From a bacterium (GTDB lineage Bacteria > Zhuqueibacterota > Zhuqueibacteria > Residuimicrobiales > Residuimicrobiaceae), in NCBI GenBank assembly GCA_012523655.1, contig JAAYTV010000002.1:1-37648 (forward strand): a stretch of 37,648 bases of DNA, in the 5' to 3' direction. A program made the translations under genes and the position numbers. Shown here in pieces: positions 25,899 to 35,274 of this stretch; position 1 is the first letter of the stretch; each line of letters starts with the position of its first letter. The notes below the pieces were generated by a model. That model worked only from the letters and a program-made list of their open reading frames with translations. It ran no database searches and was not told the DNA's origin.

Positions 25899-27314
25899 AT
25901 GAAAATAATGAGAAAAAAAGTATTTTTTACCAGCAAGCTGTTTTCTCTTATCGGCGATCTAGCTGACAGTGTCGGCGTACCGGTCTATGTGGTGGGTGGG
26001 TATGTGCGCGATCGGCTGTTGGGTAAAACCGGCAAAGATATTGATTTCGTAGTCATCGGCGACGGGCCAGCCTTCGCACGACGGTTGGCCGAGCGTTTGA
26101 CCCACGGCCGCTGCACCGTCTACCCCAAGTTCGGCACCGCCATGCTCTCCTATCGCAACTATGTGCTCGAGTTCGTCGGCGGCAGCAAGGAAAGCTACCG
26201 CGGCCATTCGCGCAACCCCGAGGTGGAGGGCGCGGATCTGCAGACGGATTTGGCCCGGCGTGATTTTACCATCAACGCCATGGCCGTGGGTTTGAATGCC
26301 GAAGAATTTGGTCGGTTGTACGATCCGTTCAATGGACAGGCTGATCTGCACCAGGGGCTACTCCGCACACCGCTTGATCCGGAACTGACGTTTCATGACG
26401 ATCCTCTGCGCATCCTGCGCGCCGTCCGTTTCGCCTGCCGGCTCCATTTTCATCTGGAGGAGAAAACCCGGCAGGGGCTGATCAAGAAGAGGGAACGGCT
26501 GAGCATTATCTCGCAGGAGCGCATCACCGATGAGCTGTGGAAGATCCTCGCCGCATCAAAGCCCTCGCTGGGCTTTCGTTTAATGGAGGAGACCGGGGTT
26601 CTGGAGATCGTTCTGCCGGAGATCCTGGCGCTCAAGGGCGTTGAGCAGATCGGCCGCTACCGGCACAAGGATGTCTTTGACCACACGCTTAAGGTGTTGG
26701 ATAATGTGTCGCGGACATCGGACAAACTGCCGCTGCGGCTGGCAGCGCTTTTTCATGATGTGGCCAAACCGCAGACCAAAGAGTTCAAACAGGGCGCTGG
26801 CTGGAGTTTTCACGGTCATGAAGAGCTGGGCAGCCGCATGATGGCCGCCATCGGCAAACGGCTGCGTCTATCCAAAGAGGTGGTGGAATATTGCCAGAAA
26901 CTTATTCGGCTGCACCTTCGTCCCATTCATCTGGCGGAAGAGGGAGTGACGGACTCGGCGGTGCGCCGGCTTATTTTTCAGGCCGGCGAGGAGATGGACG
27001 ATCTGATCACCCTGTGCCGTGCCGACATCACCTCAGGCAATGAAAAGTTGGTGGCCCGGCATCTGGCCAATTTCGACAGTGTGGCGAAGCGCATGCTGGA
27101 AGTGGAGGAGAGCGATCGCCTGCGACGGTTTCAACCGCCGGTCCGCGGGGAGGAGATCATGCAGGTCTTGGGATTGACGCCGGGTCCGTTGGTGGGAAAA
27201 ATCAAGACCGCCATCGAGGAGGCCATTTTAAACGGGCAGATCCCCAACGAGCACGATGCGGCGTTCGACTATATGATGAAGATCAAGGACGACCTGCTGC
27301 CGAAAGCCGGTTGA
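25899..27314 (+). CDS. tRNA nucleotidyltransferase (CCA-adding enzyme)/poly(A) polymerase family protein with an HD domain
   Basis: GGYVRDRLLGK..DIDFVV, RRDFTINAMA and DPLRILRAVRFA form the polymerase-beta head and neck. HKDVFDHTL..LFHDVAKP is the HD domain. No SD is visible, and the start could instead be 25908. Confidence 0.85.
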   Translation: MKIMRKKVFFTSKLFSLIGDLADSVGVPVYVVGGYVRDRLLGKTGKDIDFVVIGDGPAFARRLAERLTHGRCTVYPKFGTAMLSYRNYVLEFVGGSKESYRGHSRNPEVEGADLQTDLARRDFTINAMAVGLNAEEFGRLYDPFNGQADLHQGLLRTPLDPELTFHDDPLRILRAVRFACRLHFHLEEKTRQGLIKKRERLSIISQERITDELWKILAASKPSLGFRLMEETGVLEIVLPEILALKGVEQIGRYRHKDVFDHTLKVLDNVSRTSDKLPLRLAALFHDVAKPQTKEFKQGAGWSFHGHEELGSRMMAAIGKRLRLSKEVVEYCQKLIRLHLRPIHLAEEGVTDSAVRRLIFQAGEEMDDLITLCRADITSGNEKLVARHLANFDSVAKRMLEVEESDRLRRFQPPVRGEEIMQVLGLTPGPLVGKIKTAIEEAILNGQIPNEHDAAFDYMMKIKDDLLPKAG

Positions 27315-27417
27315 CGCGTCCCGCGCCGACAAAGATTCTTTTAGCTTTATGAAACTTTTACCGTTTCCATACGTCTTTGTAACTGTTTTCTTTTATCATT
27401 TTCTGGAGGAAAAACCG

Positions 27418-28137
27418 ATGGATCAAGAATCAAGCGCTCCGGTGGTTTCCCCCCAGCCGCTGTCAGGGCTATGGGCACGGATCATCAATGTTTTCCTGAA
27501 TCCGCAGAAGACGTTTCAGGCTGTGAAGGTAAGACCGGATTGGCTCGTGCCGGTGCTCATCTTCGCCGCGGTCATGGGCTTGTTCGGCTATATTCAGATC
27601 ACTGATCCGGGATTGGTGCAATCGGCCAAAACGCTGACCATGGACAAGCTCGAGGGCAAGAACCTAACGGCGGAGCAGATCGACGCTGCCCTGGCCATGG
27701 GTGACAAGTTCCGTGCCTTTACACCGATTCAAAGCGTCCTTATTCCGCTGCTGATGTTTGTTGTGCTTGGCGCCGGGGTGTGGCTCTTTGTCAGCAACAC
27801 GCTGTTGGGCGCCAGAGCCCGATACATACAGATGGTGTCTGTCACGGCGTATACACTGCTCATCACCGCTCTAGGGACGTTGATCAAGCTGCCGGTGATG
27901 GTGTCCACCAGCAATCTGTTTGTCCATTTCAGTCTGGCCACGTTTCTGCCGGATTCCAGCCGTGAGACTTTTTTCTACAAGTTTTTGATGTCAGCCACGG
28001 ATCTTTTTTCCATCTGGGCTATGGCGGTTCTTTCCATCGGCATCGCCGTCATCTGCGACCTCAAGATCAACAAAGTGTGGCCCATCGTGGTCGTCGTAAA
28101 TTTGTTGGTCTTTGCCCTCTCTGCGCTGGCCATGTAA
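27418..28137 (+). CDS. Yip1-domain multi-pass membrane protein
   Basis: Track ORF 27349..28137. I prefer the ATG at 27418 (MDQESS..), which has GGAGG 8 nt upstream. It has 5 predicted TM segments and the typical Yip1/DUF1282 opening ..LWARIINVFLNPQKTFQAV.. Confidence 0.7.
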   Translation: MDQESSAPVVSPQPLSGLWARIINVFLNPQKTFQAVKVRPDWLVPVLIFAAVMGLFGYIQITDPGLVQSAKTLTMDKLEGKNLTAEQIDAALAMGDKFRAFTPIQSVLIPLLMFVVLGAGVWLFVSNTLLGARARYIQMVSVTAYTLLITALGTLIKLPVMVSTSNLFVHFSLATFLPDSSRETFFYKFLMSATDLFSIWAMAVLSIGIAVICDLKINKVWPIVVVVNLLVFALSALAM

Positions 28138-28212
28138 TTCGGAGACCGGTGGTCTCTCTCCAGCGCTGTGTTACCGTAATCGCTCATCACCTCAACTGTG
28201 GAGTACCAAAGC

Positions 28213-29604
28213 ATGAAACGCCTGTGCACGCTTCTGATCTTTTTTGCGATGAACATCGCTCCTTCGTTCAGCCAGGCCGTTGCCCCCATGACGCTGCAGG
28301 ACTGCATCAACACGGCTCTTAAAAACAACTCCAGCCTGCGCATCGAGGAACAGCGGCTCGAATCCGCCGCGACCAATGTCACCGACGCCTATTCCGATGT
28401 GCTGCCGACTTTGAACACGTCGTTCGGATCCGGCGTGCGCTATTCCGGCGCCTCGGTTTACAAAAAGCTCACCAATGTTTTTGATCCGGTGACTTTGACC
28501 CCCAAATTGGATCCGATCACCGGCAATCCGATTCAGGAAGAGGTGACGATCTATCAAAAGAGCCAGCAGGTGAAATCGCACAGCGCCTCGGCGTCGTTGA
28601 GTCAGACCCTTTTTAATCTCGGCTCGCTGTACAACATCAAAGCAACCAAGGTGGCGCGGCAGGCGGCGGATCACTCGGTGAGGAACACCCGTCTGGCGGT
28701 GATCCTTTCGGTGAAAGAGGCCTATTATGAGCTGCTCAAGGCCAACCGTCTCAAGGCGGTTTACGACGAAGCCGTGAAACTGGCTGAGGAGGAACTGGTC
28801 AACGCGCAGTCGCGGTTGGATATCGGCATCTCTTCGCAGGCGGAGGTGTTTCAGGCCAAGGTAAACCTCGGCACGCAGCGCACCAGCGCGCTGAACCAGG
28901 AAAACGTGGTGGAAATGGCCAAGGCGAATTTAAACAACGCCATGGCACGCGACACGAATCTGCCGGTTGAAGTTATCGAGGATCGATCCGATCCTATTTT
29001 CCCCACCCTCAGTTTTGATGAGGCGGCCCGCACGGCTCTGGAGAACAATGAGGCGCTCAAAGAGCTGGGCTTGAACGTCAAAAGCTCCTTCTACAACATC
29101 AAGCAGGCGCAGACCCGCTATCTGCCGACCGTCGGCGGCTATCTGTCCTACAACCGTAACAACGACGACATCGGCCGTGTCTACAGCACCGGCCTCGACC
29201 GGGATTACTCCGCCAGCCTCGGCGCCAGCCTGAATTTTAATTTGTTCAATGGTTTTTCGGACAAGGCGGGGGTGCAGCGCGCCACCATCAACCATCGTAT
29301 CGCCCAGGAGACGTACAATGAGAATCAGCGCAATGTTCTGGCTTCGGTGAAGCAGTATTTTTTGCAGCTGGAAGCATATAAGGACATTCTCGAGATCAAT
29401 AAGCAAAACATCGAGGCGGCGCAGGAAAACCTTCGGCTGCAGTTGGAAAAGAGGCGCGTGGGAGCAGGCACAGAGTTGGAGGTGTCGCAAGCCCAGACTG
29501 AGTTGACCCGTGCGCAGGCCAATTATGTCAATGCCGAGTATAACGCTAAAATCGCCGAAGCGCAGCTGGAGATGGTGATGGGCGTGGAGAACATCCCCCG
29601 ATAA
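28213..29604 (+). CDS. TolC-family outer membrane efflux protein (second copy in the window)
   Basis: I prefer the ATG at 28213 (MKRLCTLLIFFAMNIAPSFSQA signal peptide). MTLQDCINTALKNNSSLRI opens OEP repeat 1. The second repeat ends ..NAEYNAKIAEAQLEMVMG. Confidence 0.88.
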   Translation: MKRLCTLLIFFAMNIAPSFSQAVAPMTLQDCINTALKNNSSLRIEEQRLESAATNVTDAYSDVLPTLNTSFGSGVRYSGASVYKKLTNVFDPVTLTPKLDPITGNPIQEEVTIYQKSQQVKSHSASASLSQTLFNLGSLYNIKATKVARQAADHSVRNTRLAVILSVKEAYYELLKANRLKAVYDEAVKLAEEELVNAQSRLDIGISSQAEVFQAKVNLGTQRTSALNQENVVEMAKANLNNAMARDTNLPVEVIEDRSDPIFPTLSFDEAARTALENNEALKELGLNVKSSFYNIKQAQTRYLPTVGGYLSYNRNNDDIGRVYSTGLDRDYSASLGASLNFNLFNGFSDKAGVQRATINHRIAQETYNENQRNVLASVKQYFLQLEAYKDILEINKQNIEAAQENLRLQLEKRRVGAGTELEVSQAQTELTRAQANYVNAEYNAKIAEAQLEMVMGVENIPR

Positions 29605-29670
29605 GGACCAAGACGGCGGACTCTGACACGGATGTTTGTTACTGTCTTACCCAAGATATGGAGAAAGTGA

Positions 29671-30918
29671 ATGTCGAAAAAGACCAAGCTGATTATTTTT
29701 TTAGCAGGCGCTTTGGTGCTGGCCGCCATGATTTTTTATAATGTGCGCAAGGGTAAATCCGCTGCCATCGATGTGACACTGGCTGAGGTGAAAAGGGGCG
29801 ACATTACCAAAGTCGTATCCGGTTCCGGCAAAGTCCAGCCTGAAACCGATGTGAAAATTGCCGCGCGCATTTCGGCAGAGATCATCGCCATCCATGTTAA
29901 AGAAGGAGACCAGGTTAAAAAGGGTCAACTTTTAGTGGAACTGGACCGGCAACGATACGAAGCGCAGTTGGAGCAAGTCGCCTCTCAGGTCGCTTCCGCC
30001 AAGGCGGCGGTTAAAAAGGCAGAGGCGGACTATACGCGCATCAAGGACCTGTTCAGCAAGAATCTGACCTCGCAAGCGGAGCTCGACGCTGCGGAGGCGA
30101 CACGAGAAGCGGCGGTCAGCCAGCTGGATCAGACACTGGCTTATCTGAGACAGTGCCGCGACGATCTGGAGAAAACCCGGTTGAATTCCCCCATCGACGG
30201 CACAGTGACCAAGCTGAACAAAGAGGAGGGGGAGATCGCCGTCGGTTCGCAGTTCTCCGCCGACGTCATCATGAATATCGCGGACCTCAGCTTAATGGAA
30301 ACCGTGGTGGAGATCGATGAGAACGAGGTGGTGTTGGTCTCGCTGGGCGACAGCGCCCGAATCGAGGTGGATGCCATCCAGGATACGACGTTCAAGGGCG
30401 TTGTCACTGAGATCGCTCACACCGCCACCACGCGCAATGAGGGGACGCAGGAGCAGATCACGAATTTCGAAGTCAAGGTGCGGGTGACCGACGATGTCGA
30501 CAGGCTGCGACCGGGGATGTCCGCCACGGTGGATATCGGCACCGATACGCACAAGGGCGTTCTCTATGTGCCGATCCAATGCGTCACCGCCCGGGCGGTG
30601 AAAGCGGACTCGGCTGAGATCGTGAAGGGTAGACAACGCCATAAAGAAAAGGAACCGGATCGGCCGGGTGAAGAACAAAAGTTGCCGCAGCAGGAGGTGG
30701 TGTTTGTGGTTGAAAACAACATCGCCAAACAGACGCCGGTGAAAACCGGGATCAGCGATGACAATCATATTGAAATCATCTCCGGGCTGAAGGAGGGGCA
30801 AAAGGTGGTGTCCGGCAGCTACAAGGCGCTGTCCAAGCTTCTTAAAGACGGCGATCTGATCAAGGAGAAGAAGGGGATGCAGTTCAAAGAGGACGACAAG
30901 GATAAAAAAACATCGTAA
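29671..30918 (+). CDS. Periplasmic adaptor (HlyD/MacA-like membrane fusion protein)
   Basis: N-terminal anchor KLIIFLAGALVLAAMIF, lipoyl motif ISAEIIAIHVKEGDQVKKGQLLVELD .. LNSPIDGTVTKLN, and a coiled coil. It lies directly upstream of the ABC genes. Confidence 0.9.
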   Translation: MSKKTKLIIFLAGALVLAAMIFYNVRKGKSAAIDVTLAEVKRGDITKVVSGSGKVQPETDVKIAARISAEIIAIHVKEGDQVKKGQLLVELDRQRYEAQLEQVASQVASAKAAVKKAEADYTRIKDLFSKNLTSQAELDAAEATREAAVSQLDQTLAYLRQCRDDLEKTRLNSPIDGTVTKLNKEEGEIAVGSQFSADVIMNIADLSLMETVVEIDENEVVLVSLGDSARIEVDAIQDTTFKGVVTEIAHTATTRNEGTQEQITNFEVKVRVTDDVDRLRPGMSATVDIGTDTHKGVLYVPIQCVTARAVKADSAEIVKGRQRHKEKEPDRPGEEQKLPQQEVVFVVENNIAKQTPVKTGISDDNHIEIISGLKEGQKVVSGSYKALSKLLKDGDLIKEKKGMQFKEDDKDKKTS

Positions 30919-30951
30919 CCGTGTGAGGGTATAGTTTAAAGGAATCGGCAC

Positions 30952-31635
30952 ATGCTCATCCAACTGGTCAATCTATCCAAGGTCTATGATATCGGCGCGG
31001 TTCGTGTGGAAGCGCTGCGCAGCATTAACCTCTCCATCGAGCGGAACGAATACGTGGCCATTATGGGCCCCTCCGGATCCGGCAAATCGACTCTGATGAA
31101 CGTTCTCGGCTGTCTCGATACGCCCACCGACGGCGAGTACCTGTTGAACAACAACCGGGTCAGCGAGATGGACGACGATCAATTGGCGGAAATCCGCAAC
31201 CGCGAGATCGGTTTTGTTTTTCAGACATTTAACCTGCTGCCGCGCGCCAACGCCCTGCATAATGTAGAACTGCCTTTGATCTACAACGGAACGCCGACGC
31301 AGCAGCGCCGGCAGCTGGCCAAAGAGGCGCTGGCAAAGGTCGGCCTGGAAGATCGCATGCACCACAAGCCGAACGAACTCTCCGGCGGCCAGCGCCAGCG
31401 GGTGGCCATCGCCCGGGCGTTGGTGAACAATCCGTCGATTATTCTGGCGGACGAGCCGACCGGCAACCTCGATTCCAAGACCGGGGATGAGATCATGGAG
31501 ATTTTCGAGACACTGCATGATCAGGGCAATACCATCATCTTGGTCACCCATGAGGAATACATCGCCGAGCATTCGGACCGCATCATTCGCCTGCGCGACG
31601 GCCTGATCGAGCGCGATGAATCGATGTCGAGGTAA
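30952..31635 (+). CDS. ABC transporter ATP-binding protein (MacB/LolD/FtsE-type NBD)
   Basis: Walker [20 protein letters not shown]-loop region, signature [15 protein letters not shown] and Walker [12 protein letters not shown]. Confidence 0.95.
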   Translation: MLIQLVNLSKVYDIGAVRVEALRSINLSIERNEYVAIMGPSGSGKSTLMNVLGCLDTPTDGEYLLNNNRVSEMDDDQLAEIRNREIGFVFQTFNLLPRANALHNVELPLIYNGTPTQQRRQLAKEALAKVGLEDRMHHKPNELSGGQRQRVAIARALVNNPSIILADEPTGNLDSKTGDEIMEIFETLHDQGNTIILVTHEEYIAEHSDRIIRLRDGLIERDESMSR

Positions 31636-31638
31636 TAT

Positions 31639-32874
31639 ATGCCCCGATTTTTAATCTATGCCGCAGAGGGCGTCAAAATTGCCTATGAGGCACTCAAGGC
31701 GTACAAGCTGCGTTCCATCCTGACCACGCTGGGCATTGTCATCGGCGTCACCACGGTGATCACCATCGTATCCCTGATCCAGGGATTGAACCGGGCGTTC
31801 ACCTCAGAGATCTCCAGCCTCGGCACCGACACGCTGTATATCGGCAAGTGGCCGTGGATGATGGATGGCGACGATTGGCGCAAATTTCGCAATCGTCCCA
31901 ACGTCACCATCGAGGAGGCGGATGAGGTACGGTCAGCCTCCCAGCTGGCCCAGGCGGTGGCGCCGGTCATGCGCACCCAGCGCACCATCAAGTACCGGGG
32001 AAAGAGTCTGGAACGCGTGGCCACAGTGGGCACCAACGAAGACTATCTGCTGACCGCGAACAGCACGCCGGAGGAGGGAAGATTTCTCATCTCGTCGGAT
32101 GTGGAACATCACCGATCGGTGGTTGTCATCGGCAGGGAGGTGGCGGAAAAATTGTTCGACAAAGAGGATCCGATCGGCAAACGCGTGCATATTGCCGGCC
32201 GCAAGTTCCGCGTGATCGGGGTGCTGGAAAAACGCGGTACCATGTTCGACGACAACCTGGATATGTTGGCGATCATGCCCATCGGTGCGTTCCAATCCGC
32301 TTTCGGCGCCACACGACGGCGGATCGAGATTCAGGTCAAGGTGATCAATCCGGCCATGGTGGAAGAGGCGGAATATGAACTGACCGGCATCATGCGCCGC
32401 GTCCGCGGGCTGCCGGCGATCAAGGAGAACAATTTCGCAATCAACAAACAATCTATGTTTTTGGATATGTACAACAAGTTGACCGGGGTGTTGTGGGCCG
32501 TGGCCATCGGCGTTGGCGCGATCTCGTTGCTGGTGGGCGGCATCGGCATTATGAACATTATGCTGGTGTCCGTGACCGAACGGACGCGCGAGATCGGCAT
32601 CCGCAAAGCCATCGGTGCGCGCAGGTCGGATATTTTGTGGCAGTTTCTCATCGAAAGCATGATGATCTGCGGACTCGGCGTGTTGATCGGCATCGTTCTG
32701 GCCGTGGGATTGGCCAAGCTGGTGGCCAGCGTCACCCCTCTGCCCGCTGCCATCACCCTCTGGGTGGTGTTTCTCGGCCTGGCTTTTGTGGTGTTCATCG
32801 GCATTTTTTTCGGCATCTATCCGGCGAGCAAGGCCGCCCGGCTGAACCCCATCGAAGCACTGCGCTACGAATGA
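31639..32874 (+). CDS. ABC transporter permease, FtsX/MacB-type (with MacB periplasmic core domain)
   Basis: 411 aa with one TM, a ~230-aa periplasmic domain, then 3 TM. It has the conserved block GIMNIMLVSVTERTREIGIRKAIGA and the C-terminal ..AARLNPIEALRYE. Confidence 0.92.
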   Translation: MPRFLIYAAEGVKIAYEALKAYKLRSILTTLGIVIGVTTVITIVSLIQGLNRAFTSEISSLGTDTLYIGKWPWMMDGDDWRKFRNRPNVTIEEADEVRSASQLAQAVAPVMRTQRTIKYRGKSLERVATVGTNEDYLLTANSTPEEGRFLISSDVEHHRSVVVIGREVAEKLFDKEDPIGKRVHIAGRKFRVIGVLEKRGTMFDDNLDMLAIMPIGAFQSAFGATRRRIEIQVKVINPAMVEEAEYELTGIMRRVRGLPAIKENNFAINKQSMFLDMYNKLTGVLWAVAIGVGAISLLVGGIGIMNIMLVSVTERTREIGIRKAIGARRSDILWQFLIESMMICGLGVLIGIVLAVGLAKLVASVTPLPAAITLWVVFLGLAFVVFIGIFFGIYPASKAARLNPIEALRYE

Positions 32875-32917
32875 GCCGGACTTGTGCCGGTCTTTTACCA
32901 ATAAAAGGTGTTATGCC

Positions 32918-34144
32918 ATGCAATTAAGCGAAAGTCTGGATCTGGCGCTCGGCGCCATCCGCTCCAACAAGATGCGCTCCTTTTTGACCTTGCTGGGCAT
33001 CATCATCGGCGTGATGACCATCATCGCCATGCAATCTCTGATCACCGGACTGCGCAAAAGCATGAACGAGCAGCTCAACATCCTCGGCACTAATGTGTTC
33101 AACATCCAAAAGTATCCGGCGGTCGGCATGGGCCATGGCTGGTGGGAAAAATATCGCAACCGCAAGGATCTCACTTACGAACAGGCCATGGCCGTGCGTG
33201 AACGGGTCAAGGCTGCTGCCGCGGTCAGTGCCGACGTCGACACCTGGGGTCAAGAGATCCGCTATAAGGACAAGAAAACACTCAACAACGTCTCGGTGAT
33301 GGGCACCACGCCGGAGTTTATAGAGAACGCCGGTTATGAAATTGCCTCCGGTCGTTTTCTCACCCAGCAGGATTTGGAGTATAACCGACGGGTGGCGATC
33401 ATCGGCGTGGATGTGCTGAACAAGCTTTTTGGCTCAGAAAATCCGCTTGGTCTCAACATCAAGATCAAGGGTGAACGATTTGAGATTATCGGCGTTTTTG
33501 CCAAAAAGGGCAGCATTTTCGGCAACAGCTTGGATAATTTGGTGGTCATGCCCTTTTTCACTTTTGAAAAGATGTATGGTAAAGAGCGCTCGATCTCCAT
33601 GACCGTGCAGGCGATCAATGCGGATCTGATGGAGGAAGCGATCGAGCAAACCATAGGCGTATTGCGCGCCGTGCGTAAAGTGCCGCCGGACAAAGACAAT
33701 GATTTCGAGATCGTCACCAACAACACGCTCACGGATTTTTTCGACAACATGACCAAATATGTCCGCATCGTCGCCATCGCCATCGCCTCCATCTCCTTGC
33801 TGGTGGCGGGCGTGGGCATCATGAACATCATGCTGGTGTCCGTGACCGAGCGCACGCGTGAGATCGGCATCCGCAAATCCATCGGCGCCAAGCGCCGGGA
33901 TATTTTATGGCAGTTTTTAATTGAAGCTGTTGTGCTCTCCGAAGTCGGCGGTGTCATCGGAATCGTCATCGGCCTCGGCCTCGGCAAGTTGGTGCAAGCG
34001 CTGTCGCCGATTCCGGCAGCCGTGCCCGTGTGGACGGTTCTCGTCGGTTTGATCTTCTGCTCATTTGTGGGCTTGCTGTTTGGAGTGTATCCGGCCACGA
34101 AAGCGGCGCGCTTGAATCCGATTACGGCGCTGCGATACGAATGA
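32918..34144 (+). CDS. ABC transporter permease, FtsX/MacB-type (paralog)
   Basis: I prefer the ATG at 32918 (MQLSESLDLALGAIRSNKMRS). It has the same architecture, with GIMNIMLVSVTERTREIGIRKSIGA and ..AARLNPITALRYE. Confidence 0.92.
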   Translation: MQLSESLDLALGAIRSNKMRSFLTLLGIIIGVMTIIAMQSLITGLRKSMNEQLNILGTNVFNIQKYPAVGMGHGWWEKYRNRKDLTYEQAMAVRERVKAAAAVSADVDTWGQEIRYKDKKTLNNVSVMGTTPEFIENAGYEIASGRFLTQQDLEYNRRVAIIGVDVLNKLFGSENPLGLNIKIKGERFEIIGVFAKKGSIFGNSLDNLVVMPFFTFEKMYGKERSISMTVQAINADLMEEAIEQTIGVLRAVRKVPPDKDNDFEIVTNNTLTDFFDNMTKYVRIVAIAIASISLLVAGVGIMNIMLVSVTERTREIGIRKSIGAKRRDILWQFLIEAVVLSEVGGVIGIVIGLGLGKLVQALSPIPAAVPVWTVLVGLIFCSFVGLLFGVYPATKAARLNPITALRYE

Positions 34145-34204
34145 TGGCTTCCCCAACGCCCGGGGAAGAATGGCGGCTGTTTCCAATAACCGGAGGGTAA
34201 GACA

Positions 34205-34540
34205 ATGGACATACAAACCAGAACCGAAGGATCCGTACGCATTCTCGAATTGACCGGCGATCTGATGGGCGGAGCGGAACTGGACCGGTTTCGTCAGTGC
34301 ATCGATAAGGCCATTGAAGAGGAAATGGTGAATGTGGTGGTGGACCTGGGAAAGGTCAATTGGATGAACAGCTCCGGCCTCGGCATGCTGATCAGTGGTT
34401 TGACCAGCCTGCGATCCAGCGGCGGCGACCTGCGCCTGGCCAACCTCACGGAACGGATCAGGCGGCCTCTGCAGATCACCAAGCTGGATTCGGTGTTTCA
34501 ACAATTCACTTCGGTAGCTGATGCAGTGAAAAGTTACTAG
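34205..34540 (+). CDS. STAS-domain protein (anti-sigma-factor antagonist, SpoIIAA/RsbV-like)
   Basis: 111 aa with GGAGGG 8 nt upstream. It shows the typical STAS layout ..ILELTGDL......F...I......VVVDLGKVNWMNSSGLGMLISG...L...GG.LRLANL......L.ITKLD.VF, including the conserved Ser in MNSSGLG. Confidence 0.85.
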   Translation: MDIQTRTEGSVRILELTGDLMGGAELDRFRQCIDKAIEEEMVNVVVDLGKVNWMNSSGLGMLISGLTSLRSSGGDLRLANLTERIRRPLQITKLDSVFQQFTSVADAVKSY

Positions 34541-34555
34541 CATAGGAGCGTGCCC

Positions 34556-35128
34556 ATGAGCCCGATCAGCAGGGAAGAACTGCTCGAAAAAATCCGCTCC
34601 CGATCCTCTTTGGCTGGCCTGGATCTGAACCGGATTGATCTGTCCTACGAGTCCCTCAAAGGGGTGGATCTGTCCGGATTGGATCTTCGGGATGCGCATC
34701 TGCAGAATGCCAACTTGGAGGGCGCTGATCTGCACGGGACCAACCTCAGCGGCGCCTTTATGTTTGGCTGCAATCTGTTTCGCGCCAACCTTACCGGAGC
34801 GGATATTCGTGAGACCAATATGCAGGACTGCAATTTAGATGAAGCTCAACTCAAAGAGGTGCAGGGGGAACACGTCGCTTTGTTCGGCTCCAGTCTGGAA
34901 AAAGCAGACCTGAGCCGCGCTGATCTACGGCGCGGACGCATGAAACGGATTATTTTGCGCCATGCCATATTGGACGGAGCGGTGCTGCAGAATGCCCACT
35001 TGGAACGTTCGGATCTCACCGGCGCCAGCTGTCGGCAGACCGATTTCACCAACGCCAATTTGACTAATACCCGGCTGGAAGGCGTGGACCTGAAAAGCGC
35101 AAAGCTCGACGGCGTCATCGGACGATAG
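34556..35128 (+). CDS. Pentapeptide repeat protein (about 190 aa, the size of Qnr/MfpA/McbG)
   Basis: Continuous A(D/N)LxX repeats: GVDLSGLDLRDAHLQNANLEGADLHGTNLSGAFMFGCNLFRANLTGADIRETNMQDCNLDEAQL .. ADLSRADLRRG .. AHLERSDLTGASCRQTDFTNANLTNTRLEGVDLKSAKL. I prefer the ATG at 34556, with AGGAG 7 nt upstream, over the track's GTG at 34550. Confidence 0.88.
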   Translation: MSPISREELLEKIRSRSSLAGLDLNRIDLSYESLKGVDLSGLDLRDAHLQNANLEGADLHGTNLSGAFMFGCNLFRANLTGADIRETNMQDCNLDEAQLKEVQGEHVALFGSSLEKADLSRADLRRGRMKRIILRHAILDGAVLQNAHLERSDLTGASCRQTDFTNANLTNTRLEGVDLKSAKLDGVIGR

Positions 35129-35157
35129 CCGGCCGGCAAAATACCCAACACTGGTAG

Positions 35158-35190
35158 AAGGCCTGGATTTTCATCCAGGCCTTTTCTTTT
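35158..35190 (+). terminator. Rho-independent terminator after the pentapeptide-repeat gene
   Basis: Stem AAGGCCTGGAT/ATCCAGGCCTT (35158-35168 / 35173-35183) with a 4-nt loop, followed by TTCTTTTT. Confidence 0.8.
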
Positions 35191-35274
35191 TACTTGCATC
35201 TGAATCCTCATCGGCTTATTTTTTCTTCGCCGTTCTTGAGCCATCGGAAAAGACCCCCACACTTGGGAGAACAT

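Noticed and set aside
25552-25936. Track ORFs 25552..25821 (-) and 25622..25936 (-) in the long intergenic region
   Set aside because: They have no SD and odd composition (Cys/Phe/Arg-rich, no motif). They span an AT-rich promoter-like region, and one overlaps the start of the CCA-enzyme gene. I treat the region as regulatory or non-coding.
28143-28157. Palindrome GAGACC-GGT-GGTCTC between yip1 and tolC as a terminator
   Set aside because: It has a 3-nt loop and no downstream T-run. It more likely has no function or is a protein-binding palindrome. The evidence is insufficient to call.
32541-32640. About 100-nt block in permease 1 that is ~88% identical at DNA level to 33811-33910 in permease 2, including a 20-nt identical run. 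Considered as a possible mobile repeat or gene conversion tract.
   Set aside because: The block encodes the most conserved FtsX motif (GIMNIMLVSVTERTREIGIRK.IGA), and both genes share the same codon bias. Identity drops immediately outside the motif. Paralogy plus purifying selection explains it.
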